IMG/VR virus record: IMGVR_UViG_3300043184_000117
Direction: 5' to 3' (one strand)
Origin: a virus
Length of the DNA: 52,745 bases
Under the pieces are notes generated by a model, which saw only the letters and a list, made by a program, of their open reading frames with translations, ran no database searches and had not been told where the DNA came from. The position numbers were made by a program, and so were the translations under genes. Positions 17,940 through 25,224 of this stretch are shown here, one piece after another (the stretch's first letter is position 1; every line of letters begins with the position of its first letter).

Positions 17940-18311
17940 TTAAAATCCCTTACAGTACGATCGAGCACTTGTTAATGTCCCAGTCCCACTAATCTGCGTC
18001 CAAACAACTCGAACCCAGGCGTAGCCAGCATTTTCAACGGTCCAAGTATGGTTTCCAGCGGCAGTGATAAGTTGTCCGCTATCTGCAATATCTGTCCAGT
18101 TAACTAAACCCGCCTCAATTTGAGCTATTGGCATTCTTGGGTCGACTTCGTCGTTAGATGCTTGTAATTTAAACGTACCGTTAGGAGTTCCGGTAAAGAC
18201 TAATTGAATGGCATAATTGGCAATGTGACCAAGCCATATTGCTTTTAAATTGGCAGAAGTACCCAAACTAACTGGGTTACCATTGAGAAGATCTTCATTA
18301 TTAACACGCAT
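17940..18311 (-). CDS. Small beta-sandwich-like virion protein, paralog of 24796-25149
   Basis: TGTPNGTFKLQASND..NWTDI / WVRVVW..SGTGTL resembles TANTGSFRIECSVDGDLWVDI / KLRVAF in the other ORF. Confidence 0.55.
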   Translation of the reverse strand: MRVNNEDLLNGNPVSLGTSANLKAIWLGHIANYAIQLVFTGTPNGTFKLQASNDEVDPRMPIAQIEAGLVNWTDIADSGQLITAAGNHTWTVENAGYAWVRVVWTQISGTGTLTSARSYCKGF

Positions 18312-18346
18312 TCTTTCCTTCCTTCGTTTGTGTTACTATTACGTAT

Positions 18347-18355
18347 ATTATAGCA
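18347..18355 (-). promoter_or_regulatory. Extended -10 promoter element TGCTATAAT
   Basis: Minus strand reads TAAATGCTATAATATACG, between the holin stop and the 123-aa gene. Confidence 0.4.
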
Positions 18356-18356
18356 T

Positions 18357-18755
18357 TTATTTTCTTAAAGATCCAATTGAGCCCACCACTTTTTCAAGGG
18401 TCCGACCACCGGCATGCACGCCTAAAAATATCTCAATTAAGCTATTCATACTACTGGGCATCGGCACACCAGAATATGAATGATAGATAGCTATGGCTAC
18501 CATTGATAGCGAAGCTATTGGGCGCCACGCCGCTACAATCCAATGGCTCGACGCTAGTTCGGCTTTTTGCACCTCAAGCTGCGCCTCAATTGCCCGCTTT
18601 TCCAACTCAATAACTTGTAGTTGAACTTGACTTTCAATCTTAGCCAACTCATTTCTAAGTTCAAGCCGTTCTTGATCAGTAGTAGATACTTTATCGATTA
18701 GTTTGGTTGCGGGAGCAAATAATCCAGTTATGGCAGTAAGTATAGTGCTAAACAT
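18357..18755 (-). CDS. Holin (3-TM phage/GTA holin family)
   Basis: N-terminal coiled coil then ASSHWIVAAWRPIASLSMVAIAIY, resembling the Holin_of_3TMs pattern (..WRP..). Confidence 0.6.
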   Translation of the reverse strand: MFSTILTAITGLFAPATKLIDKVSTTDQERLELRNELAKIESQVQLQVIELEKRAIEAQLEVQKAELASSHWIVAAWRPIASLSMVAIAIYHSYSGVPMPSSMNSLIEIFLGVHAGGRTLEKVVGSIGSLRK

Positions 18756-18781
18756 AATTTATTCCGTTAGTAAAATTATTA

Positions 18782-18867
18782 ATCTTATATGCATAATTAT
18801 AGCTAATAACTGATTTAATTAATCTTATATGCATAATTATATCCAGTATCTTATATGCATAATTATA
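18782..18867. repeat. Three copies of the 20-bp unit ATCTTATATGCATAATTATA (minus strand TATAATTATGCATATAAGAT), each holding the 10-bp palindrome TTATGCATAA
   Basis: Exact copies at 18782-18801, 18822-18841 and 18848-18867, immediately upstream of the holin ATG (18755). Confidence 0.9.
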
Positions 18868-19120
18868 GCCCTAATTGTTTTAGTGTTGCCGTTATTGCGC
18901 TTACTATGGCGGCTATAAATGCACCTATTTGCAACTTTTCTTTTGTACTCATGCTTTGAGCATTTTTTTCAACCTGCTCTTCTAACTTTTCAACGTGACC
19001 TTCAAGCAAGTCAGTACGCTTGATGTGATACTTTAGGTCCGCTTCCATACGAACTTGAGTTTCTCTAATATCGGCTATGGAATCAGTTAATTTATCTAAT
19101 TTTGATTCTAACTTATCCAT
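18863..19120 (-). CDS. XhlA-like lysis-associated protein (coiled coil plus C-terminal TM)
   Basis: 85 aa; heptad-rich N-terminus, C-terminal IGAFIAAIVSAITATL TM; adjacent to the holin. Confidence 0.45.
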   Translation of the reverse strand: MDKLESKLDKLTDSIADIRETQVRMEADLKYHIKRTDLLEGHVEKLEEQVEKNAQSMSTKEKLQIGAFIAAIVSAITATLKQLGL

Positions 19121-19135
19121 AACCTATTCCCTTTT

Positions 19136-19303
19136 CTATTCTTCAATTACCGGAGTGTTATCTACTATTTCATGAGTATATGTTGGATCCCAGTAGGGGC
19201 GCGTCATTTCTTCAGCTAACCAGCGATTTAGTGATGGCAAATCATTAAAGTGTTCTATCCAATAAATTGATTCATCTTGACGTTTAATAATTAATTGAAA
19301 CAT
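19136..19303 (-). CDS. Hypothetical 55-aa protein, not in the ORF track
   Basis: Own translation MFQLIIKRQDESIYWIEHFNDLPSLNRWLAEEMTRPYWDPTYTHEIVDNTPVIEE; RBS AAGGAG 6 nt upstream. Confidence 0.55.
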   Translation of the reverse strand: MFQLIIKRQDESIYWIEHFNDLPSLNRWLAEEMTRPYWDPTYTHEIVDNTPVIEE

Positions 19304-19313
19304 AAGGTGCTCC

Positions 19314-21608
19314 TTAATAGTAGTATTCTGTTACTATGATATAACCTGATCCACCGGCTCCACCAGCAAGTCCTGAAGTACCTGCAGTCCCTGCTGCACC
19401 AGCAGCTCCAATAGCATAAGAATATGTTGTAGCTGGATTGTTAATTATTGCATCAACATATCCACCGGCTCCACCACCCGATCCACAAAATGAACTGGCA
19501 ACAGTTCCAGCCGATCCTCCACCACCTCCAGAACCAGAATTGGCTATTGCGGCTGAACCAGCACCGTCATATCTCCAAGAACCCTGACCGCCAAACGGAG
19601 AAGAAGCTCCGGTACCAGCAGGTAATCTTATCGCGTTTACCGCAGTGTTTGGATTAACACTTCCTCCAGAACCAACGCCACCTTGAATTGATGTACCAAT
19701 AGGACCAGTACCTAGAGATGCAGCACCGCCTGTTCCACCTGTACCAGCACTAAAAGCTCCTCCACCGCCGCCATTAGCTACAAGAAGGGATGATCCAAAT
19801 GTAGTATCTCCACCAGCTCCTCCATTACCTCCAGCTGCTGTACCAGATCCACCACCACCGCCTCCACCGCCAACCATTTTAACATTGATATAACGGACTC
19901 CAGCAGGTCTTGTATAAGTCCCAGACCCTGAAGTAAACTTTTGAATTGTGGGTAATTGAGGGATGTTTAGTCCAGTTAGGGATGGGTTACGTGAGGCGTT
20001 GATAACTAAATAACCATTTGATGTACTAGTAAGATCTGTGTATCCTAAAAATTTAGTAGTAGTAGTAGTATTTAAATTATATCCAACATCTACAGTTAAA
20101 ATTCCTGTAACTTCATTATACGACTTATAGTATGCACCAGCTTCAGTTGTTGATGATAGTATAATATTGTCTAATTCACCTGATGTAACTTTACCTAAAG
20201 ATTTGTATAAATCTAAAGTTACGCCTTTCATCCCTTTACCAATTTGAATAGCAACTACAGCTGGTTGCGCCGCTGTACTTGCAGCATTATATGCACGGGT
20301 AAATAATTGTATACCATTAACATTCATGCTAGCAGTAGTTTGAGTAGGTGCAGTAGTAGTTTGAGTGCGTGTATTACTAGTAGATGCATATGTAAACGTA
20401 ATAAATGTACCAATTGGTGCATCTGCCAAAGTTGTTAAAGTATACGTTGCTGATCCAGCGTAAACAAGTGAGGCAGTGTCGGTGCTGAATGATTCTGATT
20501 GGGTTACAATTGATGGAACCGTAGCTACTAGACCTGCGCACGGAACTGAAGCAAAAAATGAAAAAGTAGACCCTGCTCCTAATAGTGCACTACCGTTTAG
20601 CTTTGTCAATCCTCCAGTTGCACCATCTTGTCTTCCAAACGTTAAGTAAGTAACAGAAGGTTCAATTAGAGAAGTAACAGAAGCGGCTACAGCACCACTA
20701 AAAGCGCCACTACCCACTACTTGTAAACTAGGAATTATACTTGTGTTTGCAGAAGTTAATGCTGATGGAAGGCTAATACGCGCTTCAGTAGCAGTAGGTG
20801 TTCCAGCAACAAATTTACCCCTAATGTCAACATTTTGCCCACTTTGACGCCACTGAAACTCAATTGCTGTTGCTGTTCCAAATCCTGTAAAAGTTGGAGT
20901 ATAACTAGCCCAAGGTGAATCGTTATCTAAATCAGCATAAACCGTAGCATCACTAGTCAATACAATATCATCAAAATTTAAAATCTTACCACTATTCAAT
21001 ATCTTAGTTTGAAACCCTATACGAATTGATGCACAAGTTGCTGGAATACTAATATTTACTCGATATAGTCCTGTTGTTTGAATCGGAACAGGTACTAATG
21101 AATTAGCTGGCAAAGTTAATTTTTGAGAATTAGTCACATCCCAGACTACAAATTCCATGTCTGAGTTTCCGCCATCATATTGATAATTGAAAAATACAGT
21201 GGCAATGTTGCCGCGAAATTTTACCGGAATCGGCTGTGCCGCACTTGCAATATAATCATTCAATGACCCGGCAGCCTGTGTATATCGGTAATTGGCTACA
21301 CCATTAAGAGGTGAGCTTGTGTTTTTTACGAAGGTTCCGGCTAATGCGCCTCCACCTAAAAATGTCGCGTTGTTACCATTGGACCAATCACTCAATGATT
21401 CATTAGCTACAAGTTGAAAAGCTACGTCTAAGCCTCCACTTGATGCTCCAACTTGTTGCCAACTGCCTTGAATATATTGCCATAGCCCACGTGTACGGGA
21501 TGTACCGTCGGCATAAAATAACATCCCCTCAACTGGCACTGCTGGATCGGCAGATTGAGCGCGGGTTGTAACGTTAGAAAATTTAGGTTGATTTCCAATA
21601 AAACTCAT
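19314..21608 (-). CDS. Tail fibre with C-terminal glycine-rich domain
   Basis: 764 aa; C-terminus FTSGSGTYTRPAGVRYINVKMVGGGGGGGGSG...GGAGGSGYIIVTEYYY, typical of phage glycine-rich fibre domains. Confidence 0.7.
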   Translation of the reverse strand: MSFIGNQPKFSNVTTRAQSADPAVPVEGMLFYADGTSRTRGLWQYIQGSWQQVGASSGGLDVAFQLVANESLSDWSNGNNATFLGGGALAGTFVKNTSSPLNGVANYRYTQAAGSLNDYIASAAQPIPVKFRGNIATVFFNYQYDGGNSDMEFVVWDVTNSQKLTLPANSLVPVPIQTTGLYRVNISIPATCASIRIGFQTKILNSGKILNFDDIVLTSDATVYADLDNDSPWASYTPTFTGFGTATAIEFQWRQSGQNVDIRGKFVAGTPTATEARISLPSALTSANTSIIPSLQVVGSGAFSGAVAASVTSLIEPSVTYLTFGRQDGATGGLTKLNGSALLGAGSTFSFFASVPCAGLVATVPSIVTQSESFSTDTASLVYAGSATYTLTTLADAPIGTFITFTYASTSNTRTQTTTAPTQTTASMNVNGIQLFTRAYNAASTAAQPAVVAIQIGKGMKGVTLDLYKSLGKVTSGELDNIILSSTTEAGAYYKSYNEVTGILTVDVGYNLNTTTTTKFLGYTDLTSTSNGYLVINASRNPSLTGLNIPQLPTIQKFTSGSGTYTRPAGVRYINVKMVGGGGGGGGSGTAAGGNGGAGGDTTFGSSLLVANGGGGGAFSAGTGGTGGAASLGTGPIGTSIQGGVGSGGSVNPNTAVNAIRLPAGTGASSPFGGQGSWRYDGAGSAAIANSGSGGGGGSAGTVASSFCGSGGGAGGYVDAIINNPATTYSYAIGAAGAAGTAGTSGLAGGAGGSGYIIVTEYYY

Positions 21609-21671
21609 ATTAGCTCCTATAGGTATTTTGTACCTGTCTGAATGGTTAAATTCAGATGTAAAAGTTCATTA

Positions 21672-22328
21672 TTACTGGGCAAACACAAAGATATGACCTT
21701 TGTGAGTATGTCTATGTCCGTTTAAACACGAGTTAATTTTACTAGTTTCAAGTCCTAGAGACTCAGCGCAAAGAGATTGACCGGTAAATTTGCCGATAAG
21801 TAGCTGGTTTTTAAGGTCATAGTGGTTTAACTTATTACGTTTTTCAGTTAATTTATACACTAGAAACGATTTAGAATTTTTAGCTAAAGATTGATTCAAT
21901 CTTCTAGTTGTAGTATGTTTTCTATTTAATAAAGATTTTGATGCTTTTATTTTAGACTCTTCTGAAGGAACTCTACCTAGTAATTTTTGCCTACGAAGTT
22001 CTCTAGTTTCTTTAGATTGTTTAACACCAGCTGCAGTTTTCTCTCCTCCAGAGGATATGTTGTATCCAAATTGAGGGTTTTGAAGATTCCACACCTTAAT
22101 CAATTTTCTCTCTATATGGTAACAAGTTTCTGGCTTACAATTCCACACCATATATTTTACTTTACAATTTTTCCATCCATGCTTTTTTATAGCTTTAGTA
22201 ACTAGCATGTCTTTGTGATAACACTTAGAGTGGCTATAAATTCTTTTGCCGGTATTTGTTTCAACACCAACATACTTTTTGCCGTTAGGAAAGGTAATGC
22301 AGTAAACGTTCATTAAATTAACCACCAC
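21672..22328 (-). CDS. Free-standing GIY-YIG homing endonuclease with NUMOD3-like repeats
   Basis: VYCITFPNGKKYVG (GIY-YIG), R..SH, FGYNISSGGE, then repeated K.SKETRELRR / PSEESKIKASKS helices. Alternative start MNVY at 22313. Confidence 0.8.
   Translation of the reverse strand: MVVNLMNVYCITFPNGKKYVGVETNTGKRIYSHSKCYHKDMLVTKAIKKHGWKNCKVKYMVWNCKPETCYHIERKLIKVWNLQNPQFGYNISSGGEKTAAGVKQSKETRELRRQKLLGRVPSEESKIKASKSLLNRKHTTTRRLNQSLAKNSKSFLVYKLTEKRNKLNHYDLKNQLLIGKFTGQSLCAESLGLETSKINSCLNGHRHTHKGHIFVFAQ
21675..21682 (-). promoter_or_regulatory. TTGCCCAG motif (followed by TAATAAT)
   Basis: Minus strand reads TTTGCCCAGTAATAATG; it overlaps the last codons (FAQ*) of the GIY-YIG gene, about 67 nt upstream of the fibre ATG. 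Confidence 0.4.
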
Positions 22329-22777
22329 GAAACGCCATTAGAAGCTAGTGTCAATGATTGACCAGAAATGTCAAAAACGTAATTAGCCGCTACACCTTCA
22401 ATCTGCTCACTTCCTGCACGTACAATAGTGATATTATTAGTGTTAGCATTATTAGATATATCTTTAATATAAATAATTAATCCAGAAGATGCTGCTGGTA
22501 ATGTTAGAGATCTTTCTGCACTAGTATCAACTAAATGAATGGCATAAGCAGTAAGTGTTACGTTTGAGCTGACACTTATAACTTGTCTAGCTAATGGTTG
22601 TCTTGCACCAAGTGCTGTGTTAATCCCATTAAGATGTGCAGATACTTTGTCAGTTCCTTCGGATGCAACTTGAGTGGGTGTATAGTTTGTAGCTGTATTT
22701 GTGGCTGGAATTGGTTGAGCATTAACATCGGTAGACCCAGTTCCAAATCTAATAAATTTTCTAGCTATACGCGACAT
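22313..22777 (-). CDS. Small fibre-associated protein, C-terminal module paralogous to 33611-34267
   Basis: RSLTLPAASSGLIIYIKDISNNANTNNITIVRAG resembles RTITLPLASSVTQGRIYIVKDTLGTANLNNITIATQG. Confidence 0.55.
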   Translation of the reverse strand: MSRIARKFIRFGTGSTDVNAQPIPATNTATNYTPTQVASEGTDKVSAHLNGINTALGARQPLARQVISVSSNVTLTAYAIHLVDTSAERSLTLPAASSGLIIYIKDISNNANTNNITIVRAGSEQIEGVAANYVFDISGQSLTLASNGVSWWLI

Positions 22778-22815
22778 AAATTTCTCCTTTTATCATCAGT
22801 TTTCACTGGTAAGAG

Positions 22816-22833
22816 AAGGCGCCGAAGCGCCTT
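22816..22833 (-). terminator. Stable UUCG-tetraloop hairpin after the 512-aa fibre gene
   Basis: Minus strand AAGGCGC-TTCG-GCGCCTT followed by CTCTT. Confidence 0.5.
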
Positions 22834-22835
22834 AA

Positions 22836-24374
22836 TTATACAAGATACATGTATGATATAATAATAACGTCTCCACTGACAAGCTCTGCAGCGCCGCCAG
22901 TTGCAAGGTCGCCCGCAAATGTAATTCTTGTAACACCACCAGCTCCTCCTGTTAATGATACAGTGTAATCCGTACCTCTAATTTGCTTAGGTCCTTGAGC
23001 AGGACAAAGTGCGATCGATGCAGCAGAATGTGCAGCAAACGCCAAATCTACATATTGATTAGTAATATCGCCAGACACTAATGTAATTACTTGCTCATTA
23101 AGCTTTAAAGATTCTAAATTATTAGATCCATTGATCCTAACTGTAGCGGCATCAACCCTAACACTCAATTGATCAGAAGAAATTTGCAACGCACTAGATG
23201 TGGCTAAATTAACTTCTAAACTACCATCAACGTTTTGTGCAAGCCCTAGACCTGCAACATCGGCAGCAATTTTAGTTCTATCAACAGCGTCATCGGCAAT
23301 TTTTACAGTAGTAATGGCTGAGTTTGCAATAGTAATAGCTCCGGAAGCAACAAGAGTAGCGTCCCCACTCAATGGTTGAGCAACAGCAAGGTTACCAGCT
23401 GATCCAACAAAAATTTGCCCACTTGGAAGTGTAGTAGTCAGTTTTGCATCTAATTGAGTCTGAATATCCGAAGTTACGCCACCAAGATATTGAAACTCAG
23501 TGTTAGTTACTGAACCGTCGGCAATTTTTATAGCATCAACGCCAGTTGCAATTTTAGCATTAGAAATCCCGGCATCTTTTACACGAATACCAGATGCGCT
23601 AGTTTCTACGGTTATATCATCAAGTTTTGCAGCAAGTTGATTAGATCCATCAATTTCAAGTGAGGGATTAGATGCTTCTAATTTAATGCGCAGTTGTCCA
23701 GCATCGTTTCCTGGGTTAGTAGATTCAAGTCCAGATACTGATGCAAGATCAACAGATATAATGTTTACACCTGTAACAGTAATCATATCTCCGCCGGTAA
23801 CTGTACCGGTTGAATTAAAAAATACAAACGTAAGAGGATCAGTACCTAGTGTAGTAACAACTGCAGATTGCACGTATCCTTTAGCGGCGTTTTCGGTTCC
23901 TAATTGAACAAATGTGTAGGCTCCATTTATTTCGTCAACCGGAGTTAATGAATCCATATCAGTTGCGCGTGTCCAAGAACCAACGGCAGCAATATAAATA
24001 CCGTTATTTTGCGCAAGCGTTTGATCCTTTACTAAAATCCTATCCCCAGTAGCGGTTGCAACACCATCAATTGTTTGGTTTCCACTCAAAGTAATGTTTG
24101 CAGTTGTAGCCAATCTTACCGCTGCTTTAGGTTTTAATCCTTCAAGGTTTGCATCAACGTAAGATTTTCTAACAAGGTCATTTGCATTAACCGGATCTGA
24201 GGTTACTTGAGGTACAGATGAAAATTGAATGGTATCAGATGAATCTACTAGAAGTATATTTACGTCTGCAGTGTTAGCATTATTCCGTGCTTTCAATGCA
24301 GCGTTGTTTTCTAATCTAATTTTTGTTGCGCCTACTGCATTGTTAGCAATAAACTTTTTTTGAATTTGTGACAT
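22836..24374 (-). CDS. Tail fibre protein
   Basis: AAVRLATTANITLSGNQTIDGVATATGDRILVKDQT..NNGIYIA..GSWTRATD, a common phage-fibre domain pattern; repetitive downstream region. Confidence 0.7.
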   Translation of the reverse strand: MSQIQKKFIANNAVGATKIRLENNAALKARNNANTADVNILLVDSSDTIQFSSVPQVTSDPVNANDLVRKSYVDANLEGLKPKAAVRLATTANITLSGNQTIDGVATATGDRILVKDQTLAQNNGIYIAAVGSWTRATDMDSLTPVDEINGAYTFVQLGTENAAKGYVQSAVVTTLGTDPLTFVFFNSTGTVTGGDMITVTGVNIISVDLASVSGLESTNPGNDAGQLRIKLEASNPSLEIDGSNQLAAKLDDITVETSASGIRVKDAGISNAKIATGVDAIKIADGSVTNTEFQYLGGVTSDIQTQLDAKLTTTLPSGQIFVGSAGNLAVAQPLSGDATLVASGAITIANSAITTVKIADDAVDRTKIAADVAGLGLAQNVDGSLEVNLATSSALQISSDQLSVRVDAATVRINGSNNLESLKLNEQVITLVSGDITNQYVDLAFAAHSAASIALCPAQGPKQIRGTDYTVSLTGGAGGVTRITFAGDLATGGAAELVSGDVIIISYMYLV

Positions 24375-24385
24375 AATCTATTCTC

Positions 24386-24799
24386 CTATATTAAATTTAC
24401 TACTAGTTTATCGCCTATTTCTAAAACACCATCTAACGTTAATCCATTCCAAGACAATAATGTGCCTGAAATTGTAAAGTCTGTTCCGTAAACTTGTTCA
24501 CTTCCACCAATAACTTGTAATCTTGTTAAACTAGGAAAAGATGGTGTTACTACCAAATCGTAATATTTGTTAGCAATATCAGTACTGTTTAATGTTATAA
24601 CTGGGCGAGGATTGTAACCACCAGCTCCAGAAACTATTTCCCAAGTAACGATTCCAGCATTAAACACATAGAGTTCGTGCGTATCTAAAGTTACTGCAAG
24701 TGTGCCATCTACGGCACTAGTGGGCAACGCTGCAAAATTTGCATAAGTCGCAACTCCAGAACCGGATCCCGATACAGCAGGATAACGATATGAACTCAT
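24386..24799 (-). CDS. Virion protein duplicating the C-terminal module of the 512-aa fibre
   Basis: ITLNSTDIANKYYDL...GTDFTISG...IGDKLVV vs ITLVSGDITNQYVDL...GTDYTVSL...SGDVIII. Confidence 0.55.
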   Translation of the reverse strand: MSSYRYPAVSGSGSGVATYANFAALPTSAVDGTLAVTLDTHELYVFNAGIVTWEIVSGAGGYNPRPVITLNSTDIANKYYDLVVTPSFPSLTRLQVIGGSEQVYGTDFTISGTLLSWNGLTLDGVLEIGDKLVVNLI

Positions 24800-25149
24800 A
24801 ACATTTTACCTGTAATATAACCAACAACTACGCCATTTGGCGTTGAGCCTGCTGGAGTAAACGCAACTCTTAGTTTAGAAAAAGGAAGTTGGGATAAATT
24901 AATGATAATATTATCGTTGGTATTAGCTAAGCTGATTGAGGGGGTAACACCAATGTCAACCCACAAGTCGCCATCAACACTACACTCAATCCGAAAAGAT
25001 CCAGTATTAGCGGTTATACCTGTACATTGAAGGGTAATACCTATATTATCTAGATATTGAATAGTTACTGGTTCGGATGAAAAAGATGCCGCAAGGGATA
25101 CACTATCTAATAATTTAAATGGTAACAAGACATTTTTGCGTCCAGACAT
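24796..25149 (-). CDS. Small beta-sandwich-like virion protein, paralog of 17940-18311
   Basis: See 17940-18311. Confidence 0.55.
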   Translation of the reverse strand: MSGRKNVLLPFKLLDSVSLAASFSSEPVTIQYLDNIGITLQCTGITANTGSFRIECSVDGDLWVDIGVTPSISLANTNDNIIINLSQLPFSKLRVAFTPAGSTPNGVVVGYITGKML

Positions 25150-25203
25150 CTGATTCTCCCTCGTAGGTTATGGCATGGTTAGCCAAAGATTTGCACTATT
25201 ATA

Positions 25204-25211
25204 CTGGGCAA
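25204..25211 (-). promoter_or_regulatory. TTGCCCAG motif fused to TATAAT
   Basis: Minus strand reads ATTAATTGCCCAGTATAATAGTG, about 55 nt upstream of ATG 25149. Confidence 0.45.
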
Positions 25212-25224
25212 TTAATAGGTAATA

